Of a DNA stretch of 64,000 nucleotides, positions 1-7,607 are shown one piece after another; the first letter of the stretch is position 1; every line of letters begins with the position of its first letter. The position numbers were made by a program, and so were the translations under genes. Below the pieces are notes generated by a model that worked only from the letters and a program-made list of their open reading frames with translations, was not told the origin of the DNA and made no database searches. The DNA comes from Anaerolineae bacterium (GTDB taxonomy: Bacteria; Chloroflexota; Anaerolineae; B4-G1), in the NCBI GenBank assembly GCA_034437455.1, contig DAOTUB010000002.1:3176-67175 (forward strand). Reading direction: 5' to 3'.

Positions 1-402
1 CGGGTTGCCGCCGTTAACCCAAGCCGCACGGTCCTCCCGCGCCATGCCGGTGGGGTTTCCCTGGCGAAAGACGCCCATCAGCGCCGTTCCAATCGTCTCC
101 GGGATGCGCCCGCTCTCCACCAGTTGGCCCCGCAGCTCGATGATCAACTCAGCCGGCCGCACGTCCTTGGGGCATCGTTCGACGCAGTTGAAGCAGCAGG
201 TGCAATCCCACAACTCCTCGTGCGCGCTCACGTCCAGCTCCGGCTCCACGAGCATGTGGTAGATCATGCTGCGGATGTTCAGTACCGTCTTGCGCGCCAC
301 CGGACAGCCGCCGGTGCATTTGCCGCACTGGATGCAACCAAATAGTTCCAACTGCTCGGCGACCGATGCGGTCGCCATCATCGGGCCCGTCTTTAATGCC
401 AT
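1..402 (-). CDS. HdrC/HdrD-like iron-sulfur protein, N-terminal part only (gene continues past the left edge)
   Basis: Absent from the ORF track because no stop codon lies in the window. Minus-strand ATG at 402-400 is preceded by AGGAGA. Hand translation MALKTGPMMATASVAEQLELFGCIQCGKCTGGCPVARK...LWDCTCCFNCVERCPKDVRPAELIIELRGQL shows two CxxCxxCxxxCP [4Fe-4S] motifs spaced as in HdrC or the N-terminus of HdrD-type proteins. Confidence 0.7.
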   Translation of the reverse strand, partial: MALKTGPMMATASVAEQLELFGCIQCGKCTGGCPVARKTVLNIRSMIYHMLVEPELDVSAHEELWDCTCCFNCVERCPKDVRPAELIIELRGQLVESGRIPETIGTALMGVFRQGNPTGMAREDRAAWVNGGNP

Positions 403-421
403 CTCAGTTCTCCTGGATCAA

Positions 422-724
422 TCAGACATCTGCAAAAAGATCGGTCAGATCACGGTAATCATAGGGTGGACGCTTTCGTACAGCTACCACAGCCACCACA
501 CGTCCATAGTCTGTCTCGATCACGGCATACACAATGCGCCAACGCTCGATACGCAATCGTCTAGGCTCAGCGTCCGACAAAGTAAAGTTCAACTCCTTGC
601 TACGCGACGGCCTGGGATCATCTACCAGGGATTGAATGGCCCGTCGCACCCGCTGACGGATGTGTCCCGGCAGCCGCCGAATCTCGGCCTGGGCTGCCGG
701 AGAGACATCAAGCAGGTAATTCAC
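422..724 (-). CDS. type II toxin, RelE/ParE family
   Basis: ORF 422..781 trimmed to the GTG at 724 (GGAGG 6 nt upstream). VNYLLDVSPAAQAEIRRLPGHIRQRVRRAIQSL...RLRIERWRIVYAVIE follows the RelE/ParE pattern. It overlaps the upstream antitoxin ORF by 17 nt. Confidence 0.6.
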   Translation of the reverse strand: MNYLLDVSPAAQAEIRRLPGHIRQRVRRAIQSLVDDPRPSRSKELNFTLSDAEPRRLRIERWRIVYAVIETDYGRVVAVVAVRKRPPYDYRDLTDLFADV

Positions 725-977
725 CCGCTGCCTCCAGTGCATCCAACTCCGCCTCGAATTCTTCCCAGGATTTCCATCCATCCGGCCGCTGACCCTGCGC
801 CAGCATAGCCAGATCTGCCGCCGCCGTCCGCAAGATCTCGCTGTCCTCTACATCCTCCAAACGCTCGACAATTGCCCGCCACGTAGCAATATCCACCAGA
901 ACTGCCGTAGCTTCCCCATCCGCCCCAATCACATAACTAGGGTACCGGATGGCCTGAGTAAGTTGTCTCACTCCCAT
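708..977 (-). CDS. type II antitoxin partner of the RelE/ParE toxin
   Basis: ORF 708..1016 trimmed to the ATG at 977 (GGGGAGGA upstream; a start at 1016 would overlap the hdrA-like gene). Small acidic protein directly upstream of and overlapping the toxin gene. Confidence 0.5.
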   Translation of the reverse strand: MGVRQLTQAIRYPSYVIGADGEATAVLVDIATWRAIVERLEDVEDSEILRTAAADLAMLAQGQRPDGWKSWEEFEAELDALEAAGELPA

Positions 978-1005
978 ATCTATCCTCCCCCTATCAGCAA
1001 ATTGG

Positions 1006-2340
1006 TCATTGATCATCTATCGCTTGTCTCTGCCGCTGCGCGAGCACCCTCAACGCCGAGGCGGCCGCCGCCTTCCCCTGGGCGACCGTGTCCGGGATGT
1101 CCTTCGGTCCCTCGCAGCAACCCGCCAGAAAAACGCCTTCCATAGGGGTATCCAAAGGGCGGAACTTGTGCGCCCCCTGGAAGAAGCCATCCGGGGAATG
1201 TTCCAACCCCAGCAACACTCCCGTCTCCCGCGCATCGGCCCGCGGCACGACCGCCGTCGCCAGCACCACCAGATCCGCCTCGACCTCGATCGGCTCGCCC
1301 AGCAGCGTGTCCTCGGCCAGCACGACCAATTTGTCCCCCCGCCGGTAGATCTCGGAAGGTTCGCCCCGCCGGTAGACCACCCGCTCGTGCTTCACGCGGT
1401 CGTAGAACTCTTCGTACCCCTTGCCAAAAGCCCGCACGTCCATATAAAATATCGTGATGTTGGCGTCGGGAACCTTGTCCCGCACCAGGTGAGCGTGTTT
1501 GGCCGTGTACATGCAGCAGAAACGGGAGCAATAGGGCACGCCCGTGTGCGGGTCGCGGGAGCCTACACATTGGATAAAAACGACGTTCTTCGGCTTCTTG
1601 CCATTGATCGCGATCTCGCCCCGAGTGGGGCCGGAGGCGGACGAGAGCCGCTCGAACTCCAGCCCTGTCATCACCCGCGGATAGACCCCGTAGCCGAACT
1701 CGGGCTTGGTGCGCGGATCGATCAGGTCGTAGCCGGTGGCGACGATGATCGCGCCCACCTCCAGGCCCACAAATTCTTCCTGCTGCTCGAAATCAATCGC
1801 GCCGGCGGGACACGCATCCTTGCACAGAAAGGTCTTGCCGCACTTGCCCAGCGTCAGATATAGACAGGCTTCAGGATCGACGGTGTACTTGAGCGGCACC
1901 GCCTGCGGAAAAGGCACGTAAATCGCCGATCGCTTGGCGATCCCCTCGTCGAAGCGGCTGACGACCCGCCCTTTCATCCGGCACGCCTCGGCGCACGAGC
2001 CGCAGCCGGTGCACGTGTCGATGTCCACGTAACGCGGCTTCTTGCACACCCGCACACGAAACGCCTCCCCTGCCCGCTCGACGGATACAACCTCGCTGTA
2101 GGTCATCAAATCGATATTGGGATGATTCCCCACATCCACCATCTTGGGCGTCAGGATGCACGAGGAGCAATCCAGCGTCGGGAAGGTCTTGTCCAGTTGC
2201 GCCATGTGCCCGCCCACGCTCGGCTCCCGCTCGACCAGGTGCACCTGGTATCCCGCGTCGGCAATATCCAACGCCGCCTGAATCCCAGAAATACCGGCGC
2301 CAATGATCAACGCCGCCGGTTTATTACGCTCCATCTCCAA
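1006..2340 (-). CDS. hdrA: HdrA-like FAD/FeS oxidoreductase, short form
   Basis: 444 aa. Has the FAD motif IIGAGISGIQAALDIA, CTGCGSCAEAC, and VGSRD...YCSRFCCMY typical of the HdrA core. Lacks the HdrA N-terminal Cys domain and the C-terminal 2x[4Fe-4S] domain. Confidence 0.85.
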   Translation of the reverse strand: MEMERNKPAALIIGAGISGIQAALDIADAGYQVHLVEREPSVGGHMAQLDKTFPTLDCSSCILTPKMVDVGNHPNIDLMTYSEVVSVERAGEAFRVRVCKKPRYVDIDTCTGCGSCAEACRMKGRVVSRFDEGIAKRSAIYVPFPQAVPLKYTVDPEACLYLTLGKCGKTFLCKDACPAGAIDFEQQEEFVGLEVGAIIVATGYDLIDPRTKPEFGYGVYPRVMTGLEFERLSSASGPTRGEIAINGKKPKNVVFIQCVGSRDPHTGVPYCSRFCCMYTAKHAHLVRDKVPDANITIFYMDVRAFGKGYEEFYDRVKHERVVYRRGEPSEIYRRGDKLVVLAEDTLLGEPIEVEADLVVLATAVVPRADARETGVLLGLEHSPDGFFQGAHKFRPLDTPMEGVFLAGCCEGPKDIPDTVAQGKAAAASALRVLAQRQRQAIDDQ

Positions 2341-2343
2341 CTT

Positions 2344-5300
2344 TTACTCTCCAATGCTGACCGCGTCCAGCATCCCATACACCTGCTTCACCTCGAGCCG
2401 CCTCTGACTGCTGGCCTTGTTCGGGCAGGCCACCACGCACGCCCCGCAACCCTGGCACAATACCTCGATCACCTCGGCGTAATGCGCGCCCGGCCGCTCC
2501 GCGAGCACGCGCGCGTCGTAAGGGCAGACCTCGACGCACAGCCCGCAGGCAGAGCACAAGCGCGTGTTCACCCGCGCCACGGTCGCCGGAGCTTCCAGCC
2601 TCTCCTGCGCCAGCAGCGCCGCCGCCCGCATCGCCGCTCCCTGCGCCTGCACGATCGTCTCGTCGGCAAAACGCGGCGAGTGGGCCAGGCCGCACATAAA
2701 GATGCCGCGCCGGGTAAAGTCCAGCGGGCGCATCTTGGGGTATTCCTCCTGGAAGAAACCGTTCTTGTCCAGCGGCACGCCCAGCACGTCGGCCAGCGCG
2801 CGATGGTCGTTCGGCTCGATCCCCGTGCTCAACGCCAACATCTCCGCGCGGATGACCACCTCCTCGCCGGTGATCGGTTCCCTCAGCCGGACGGTCAGGC
2901 CATCCTCGCCCGCCGATACCTCGGGTTTGTCCGGTAACTCGTAGCGCAAAAAGGCCACGCCCTGACTCCGGGCCTCCCGGTAATAGTCCTCGCGGAAGCC
3001 GTAGGTGCGCATCTCGCGGTAGAGCACGTACACGTTGGCCGCGGGGTTCTGTTCCTTGATCTTGAGTGCGTTGGCGACGGCTTTCGAGCAGCAGACGCGG
3101 CTGCAATAGGGACGCTCCGGCTCCCGTGAACCGACGCACTGGATCATCACCACGTTCGAGGGCGCGTCTTTCCCTCCGGCCAGCTTCTTTTCCAGCTCGC
3201 GCTGCGTGATCACGCGCGAGTCCTCGCCGTAGAGATACTCGGTCGGCGTGACCTCGCGCCCGCCAGCGGCGACGATGATGGCGCCGTGCTCCAGCGTCTT
3301 TTTCTCGTCGTCAGAGAGAGCCACGGTCGTCTGATACTGTCCCGTAGGGGCGTTGACCCCTACGGGACTACGCCCCGCGTACCCGGAGACGGCTTCGACC
3401 TGCGCCTCCTTGTAGACGTGAATGCGCTCGTCGCCCTCGACCCGCTCGACGAGGGAGCGCAAGGCGGCGGCAGCGTCATCCCCCTCCAGCGTGTACCGCA
3501 GTTCCCGCAACTGCCCGCCCAGATCGGCGGAACGCTCCACCAAGTCTACCTCGTGCCCCATCTCGGCCAGGCTCAGGGCGGCGGTCAATCCCGCCAGCCC
3601 CCCGCCGATCACCAGCGCCCGCTGCGAGATCTCCCAGACTTGAGAATCCGCCGCTTCATGTACAGGCGACTTTCGCAGCCTGGCGCCCGCGACCGCCATC
3701 TCGACCAACTCCCTGGCCTTTTCGGCGGCAACTTTCCCGTTCCCCGGATGCACCCAGGCACACTCGCCGCGCAGGTTGACCCGCTCCAGCAGATCGGCGC
3801 TCAGGCCGGCGTCGCGCATCATCCGCTCGAAGGCGGACTCGTAGAGGCGGGGCGCGCATCCGGCCACCACCACCCGGTTGAGGTTGTGCTCCGCGATGGC
3901 CTGGCCGATCTGCTCGCGCCCGCTCGCCAGGCAGGCGTTGTCGAGCGACTGCACCAGCGCCACGTCCCGGAATCCCTGCGCGTGAGCCGCCAGCGCCTCC
4001 AGGTCGATCACCTCGCCGATCTCGCCCCGGCAATCGCAGAGGAAAACGCCGACGCGGGGCCGCTCGTAAGAGATATCCCGATCCTCCCCCCCTCTATCCC
4101 CCCCAATGGGGGGGAGGCTGGGGGGGGAGGGTTCGCCCAATAACCGCGCCGCACCGGCGGCCACCGCCGAAGCCTCCGCCACCGTCTCGGGGATGTCCTT
4201 TGGCTCGCGGAATGCCCCGCTCACCAGGATGCCCGGACGCGAGCTTTCGATGGGGGCGAAGGTATCCGTCACGCCGAAGCCATACGGGTTCAACTCGACG
4301 CCGAGCGACTGCCCCAACTGCTGCGAGCCTTCCGGCGGCGCAAAGCCGGTCGCCAGCACCACCAGGTCAAAATCCTCATCCTGGAAACTGCCGTCCTCGG
4401 CCACGTAACTCAGTTGCAGATTTCGCGTCTGCTGGTACTGGTGGATCGAGGAGACCATCGAGCGCCGGTAGGTCACGCCGGGCAGCGCCTCGACCGTGTC
4501 GAAATACTCGTCGAAATCCTTGCCGTGAGCGCGAATATCCATAAAGAAAACAGTCACATCCAGGTCAGGATAGAGCCGCTTGGCGACCGCCACCTGCTTG
4601 GCTGTGTACATACAGCAGACCGAGGAGCAGTACCCGCACCCGATGGAGTCATCGCGCGAGCCGACGCACTGGATGAAGGCGACGCGCCGGGGTGTCTGGC
4701 CGTCCGAAGGGCGCACGACGGTCGCCCCGGTGGAGCCAGCGATGCTGACCATGCGCTCGAACTGGATGCTGGTCAGCACGTTGTCGTAATAACCGAAACC
4801 GTACTCGCCCTTGCGACGGGCGTCGAAAGGCTCAAAGCCGGGGCTGAGGATGATCGCGCCCACGACGACTGAAGTCGTCACTACGTCCATATCCAGATCG
4901 ATGGCGTTGGTGGGGCAGACCTCGACGCACTTGCCGCAGCGGGTGCAAACCTCCATATCAACGACGTAGGCGGAAGGAATCGCCCGCGTCGGCGGCCGGT
5001 AGATCGCCTTACCCTTATCGAGATCGCCCTCGTACCGGTCGGGCCGCTCCACCGGACAAGCTAAAGCACAGAGGCCGCAGTTGTTGCACAGATCCACGCT
5101 CACGTAGCGCGGCTTGTGGCGCACTGTCACGGTGAAATTTCCCGGACGCTCGCGTCCGCGTTCCCCCTCTACCCCCGTCACCTCGGCGTAAGGCAGGATC
5201 TCAATGTTGCGGTGGATGTCGCACTCGATGGTGGGACAGTAGGCCGCCCGTCCGGGCAGCATCAGGCAGAGTCCGCAGGAATCGGTGGGAAAGGTCCGAT

Positions 5301-5457
5301 CCAACAGGTGCATCGAGCCGCCGATGCCCGGCGCGCTATCCAGCAAATAGACCTTGTGCCCCGCCTCGGCCAGCAGCAACGCCGACTGCATCCCGCCGAT
5401 GCCCGCGCCGACGATCAAAACGGCTTTACTTTGCTGAGACTCGTTGTTGTCGGTCAT
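2344..5457 (-). CDS. hdrA: tandem-fused double HdrA-like protein (1037 aa)
   Basis: aa 1-455 form an HdrA core (VGAGIGGMQSAL, YCSSVCCMY). A linker follows, then an HdrA N-terminal/MvhD-like Cys domain (VGVFLCDCRGEIG...VVAGCAPRLYE...RGECAWVH). A second FAD core (VIGGGLAGLTAAL, YCSRVCCSKA) and a C-terminal CSACGLCVEVCP / CQGCGACVVACP ferredoxin domain complete the protein. Confidence 0.85.
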   Translation of the reverse strand: MTDNNESQQSKAVLIVGAGIGGMQSALLLAEAGHKVYLLDSAPGIGGSMHLLDRTFPTDSCGLCLMLPGRAAYCPTIECDIHRNIEILPYAEVTGVEGERGRERPGNFTVTVRHKPRYVSVDLCNNCGLCALACPVERPDRYEGDLDKGKAIYRPPTRAIPSAYVVDMEVCTRCGKCVEVCPTNAIDLDMDVVTTSVVVGAIILSPGFEPFDARRKGEYGFGYYDNVLTSIQFERMVSIAGSTGATVVRPSDGQTPRRVAFIQCVGSRDDSIGCGYCSSVCCMYTAKQVAVAKRLYPDLDVTVFFMDIRAHGKDFDEYFDTVEALPGVTYRRSMVSSIHQYQQTRNLQLSYVAEDGSFQDEDFDLVVLATGFAPPEGSQQLGQSLGVELNPYGFGVTDTFAPIESSRPGILVSGAFREPKDIPETVAEASAVAAGAARLLGEPSPPSLPPIGGDRGGEDRDISYERPRVGVFLCDCRGEIGEVIDLEALAAHAQGFRDVALVQSLDNACLASGREQIGQAIAEHNLNRVVVAGCAPRLYESAFERMMRDAGLSADLLERVNLRGECAWVHPGNGKVAAEKARELVEMAVAGARLRKSPVHEAADSQVWEISQRALVIGGGLAGLTAALSLAEMGHEVDLVERSADLGGQLRELRYTLEGDDAAAALRSLVERVEGDERIHVYKEAQVEAVSGYAGRSPVGVNAPTGQYQTTVALSDDEKKTLEHGAIIVAAGGREVTPTEYLYGEDSRVITQRELEKKLAGGKDAPSNVVMIQCVGSREPERPYCSRVCCSKAVANALKIKEQNPAANVYVLYREMRTYGFREDYYREARSQGVAFLRYELPDKPEVSAGEDGLTVRLREPITGEEVVIRAEMLALSTGIEPNDHRALADVLGVPLDKNGFFQEEYPKMRPLDFTRRGIFMCGLAHSPRFADETIVQAQGAAMRAAALLAQERLEAPATVARVNTRLCSACGLCVEVCPYDARVLAERPGAHYAEVIEVLCQGCGACVVACPNKASSQRRLEVKQVYGMLDAVSIGE
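3341..3374. repeat. palindromic element family P1 (CCCGTAGGGG-CGTTGA-CCCCTACGGG-ACTACGCC), in frame inside the hdrA fusion
   Basis: Perfect 10-bp stem with a 6-nt loop. Translated on the minus strand as RSPVGVNAPTG. 26/34 identical to the copies at 7538..7571 and 8166..8199. Confidence 0.7.
4083..4131. repeat. palindromic element family P2 (nested C/G homopolymer palindrome), in frame inside the hdrA fusion
   Basis: CCTCCCCCCC-TCTAT-CCCCCCC-AAT-GGGGGGG-AGGCT-GGGGGGGG-AGG. Translated on the minus strand as PPSLPPIGGDRGGE. The core CCCCCCCAATGGGGGGGAGG is identical at 56421..56440. Confidence 0.75.
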
Positions 5458-5472
5458 AAGTCCTCTTGCGTG

Positions 5473-6342
5473 TTACAAAAGATTTCGTCCCTGAAGCAGC
5501 GGACAAGGATTCACAGCGTGTTTGCCCAACCACTTTTTCACACCTGGCAGGCCCAAGGCCAGTCCCATCAGCTCGGTGAAGTAAAAGATGGGCATCTCCC
5601 CCCCCCCTTCCCCCCCCATGGGGGAGGGGGCTTGACGGGTGTCCAGGTTGATCTGGCAGATTCCGCAGGCGCTGGCGATGCAATCCGCCCCGGCCTCGAT
5701 GGCTCCCGCGACGATCCTGCTCGATAGCTTCGCGACCACCTCGCCCATCGGGAACGTCATGCTCGCCCCGCAGCAGTCCACCTTGTACGACCAATCCACC
5801 GGCTCGGCTCCCACGGCCTCCATCAGGCGATCCATCGTCGTCGGGTGTTCGGGATCGTCCCAGCCGGTCTTTTCTGGCGGGCGCACCAGCACGCAGCCAT
5901 AGTAAGAGGCCACCTTCAGCCCGTCAAGCGGCTTGACGACCCGCTCGCGAATCGCCTCTATCTCGATATCGTGGCTGATCACATCCAACAAATGACGGGG
6001 GCGACCTTCCCCGTTGTACTGAAAGTTCAACGACGTTTCCATCTTCCGCCGCCACTCCTCATCCTCGCGAAAAGCGTTGTCGGCAGATAGACTGTTCTGA
6101 TAGCAAGCCGGGCAGGGAATGACAATATCCAGGCCCGCCTCCTGAGCCAGGGCCACGTTGCGCCCCGGCAAGGAGAGCGACAGCTCGTGGTTGAGGCTGT
6201 GCGCGGACGAGGCCCCGCAACAATTCCAATCCTCCAACTCGAACACCTCGACGTCCAGAGCCTTGAGCACCGCGTGGGTAGAAAGCTCAAACTCGGCTGA
6301 CGTGGTTCCTGCCGTACATCCAGGATAATACGAGTATTTCAC
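5473..6342 (-). CDS. hdrB: heterodisulfide reductase subunit B-like (two CCG domains)
   Basis: 289 aa. Has MKYSYYPGCT, WNCCGASSAHS and VDCCGASMTF CCG-type motifs. Its start overlaps the hdrC stop by 4 nt. Confidence 0.9.
   Translation of the reverse strand: MKYSYYPGCTAGTTSAEFELSTHAVLKALDVEVFELEDWNCCGASSAHSLNHELSLSLPGRNVALAQEAGLDIVIPCPACYQNSLSADNAFREDEEWRRKMETSLNFQYNGEGRPRHLLDVISHDIEIEAIRERVVKPLDGLKVASYYGCVLVRPPEKTGWDDPEHPTTMDRLMEAVGAEPVDWSYKVDCCGASMTFPMGEVVAKLSSRIVAGAIEAGADCIASACGICQINLDTRQAPSPMGGEGGGEMPIFYFTELMGLALGLPGVKKWLGKHAVNPCPLLQGRNLL
5596..5630. repeat. degenerate P2-like C/G homopolymer palindrome inside hdrB
   Basis: CTC(10xC)-TT-(8xC)-AT-GGGGG-A-GGGGG. Translated on the minus strand as SPMGGEGGGE. 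Confidence 0.5.
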
Positions 6343-6953
6343 TGTTCCACCTCCAAGCGCCGGGGCGAACCGTTTTCGGCGCTGGCAGATTCGTCGTACA
6401 ACTTGATCACATCTTTCATCCCTTTGACCCGTTCTGGCAAGAATCCAAACTTTCCCTTCAAGAAAAGGGTCGCTCCCAACACCATGTCAGAGCTCAAGCC
6501 GTGAAAGAACGTGGCAAGTCCCCCTTTCAGCAAGCCGAGAAGTTTGAATTCCATGATCAAGCTCAATTCATGCACCCGGCCCCACAGCTTGATGCTATCG
6601 AGAAACGAGCGATGCAAGGCATAGATGGACGGTTGCGGCGTATAGTCCTCCCTCACCGCCATCTGTCGCAGCACGTCCATCACCGGCGCCAGCCGAATGT
6701 GATTCGGGCAGCGCGTGCCGCACGTATCACACCCCACGCACATCCAGATGGCCGAACTGCCGAGCACCTTATCCTTCTGGCCCAGTTGGATCAGCCGGAG
6801 CAACTGGGCCGGCTTGTAGTCCATCACGTAGGCCGTCGGGCAGCCGATGGTGCATTTCTGACAGTAGAAACAAGCGTGAATATTCTCGCCGCTGTGCTCC
6901 CGCACCGCGTTCTTGAACATGAGATCCGTCCCCAGCACAACCGCCACAGGCAT
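6339..6953 (-). CDS. hdrC: heterodisulfide reductase subunit C-like
   Basis: 204 aa. Has CFYCQKCTIGCP and CVGCDTCGTRCP motifs and a hydrophobic C-terminal extension. Confidence 0.85.
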   Translation of the reverse strand: MPVAVVLGTDLMFKNAVREHSGENIHACFYCQKCTIGCPTAYVMDYKPAQLLRLIQLGQKDKVLGSSAIWMCVGCDTCGTRCPNHIRLAPVMDVLRQMAVREDYTPQPSIYALHRSFLDSIKLWGRVHELSLIMEFKLLGLLKGGLATFFHGLSSDMVLGATLFLKGKFGFLPERVKGMKDVIKLYDESASAENGSPRRLEVEQ

Positions 6954-6979
6954 AATCTCCTCCCGGTGTCCCGTCGCCC

Positions 6980-7585
6980 CTAAAACTCTCCCGAATGATC
7001 CACCAGTTGCAGCGCCAGGATCGTCATGTCTAATGTCTCGCCACTGTCCATCATGAAATAGTCATTCAATGTGACCTCGGGTCGGAAACCCAGATCCTGG
7101 AACGCTTTCATGACCTGAGGCTGGGTAGTCAGAACCTCTGCGTACAACTGATGCAAATTGGTCTGGCGGGCGATCTCGATCAACGAGCGCAACATCAACG
7201 TGCCGATGCCCTGGCGGCGGTAGTCGTGGTCGAGAAAGATGCGCACCCAGGCCCGATGCCGGCGGTAATGTTCCCCAAAGTGCAGGGTGGCGTCTCCCAC
7301 GATCTTGTCCTCCACGATGGCCACCAGAGGAAAGACGTTCTTCAGGTCCAGCTTGTCCACCCAACTCTCGACCACCCCCCGATCGCCCGCGTCGCTACGA
7401 AAAAGCTCCAGGTCGTGCTTGGAAGCCCGGGCAAACAGGTCCACCAGCCCCTGCTTATCCTCTTTGGTCAACGGACGCAGCAACAACCTGGCTCCACTGG
7501 GCAGTGTCTTGACCTTTCGATAACGTGCTAATTTTTCCCCGCTGGGGCGGAGGCCCCCACGGGACGACGCCCAAATGTCTGTCAT
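6980..7585 (-). CDS. GNAT family N-acetyltransferase (paralogue 1)
   Basis: 201 aa. Acetyl-CoA binding motif RRQGIGTLMLRSLIEIA. ATG at 7585 with GAGGTG upstream. About 70% identical by eye to the next gene. Confidence 0.8.
   Translation of the reverse strand: MTDIWASSRGGLRPSGEKLARYRKVKTLPSGARLLLRPLTKEDKQGLVDLFARASKHDLELFRSDAGDRGVVESWVDKLDLKNVFPLVAIVEDKIVGDATLHFGEHYRRHRAWVRIFLDHDYRRQGIGTLMLRSLIEIARQTNLHQLYAEVLTTQPQVMKAFQDLGFRPEVTLNDYFMMDSGETLDMTILALQLVDHSGEF
7538..7571. repeat. P1 palindromic element copy in the GNAT-1 N-terminus
   Basis: CCCGCTGGGGCGGAGGCCCCCACGGGACGACGCC, translated as ASSRGGLRPSG. Identical 34-mer at 8166..8199. Confidence 0.65.
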
Positions 7586-7607
7586 CTCTGCACCTCACAA
7601 CCGCTCG

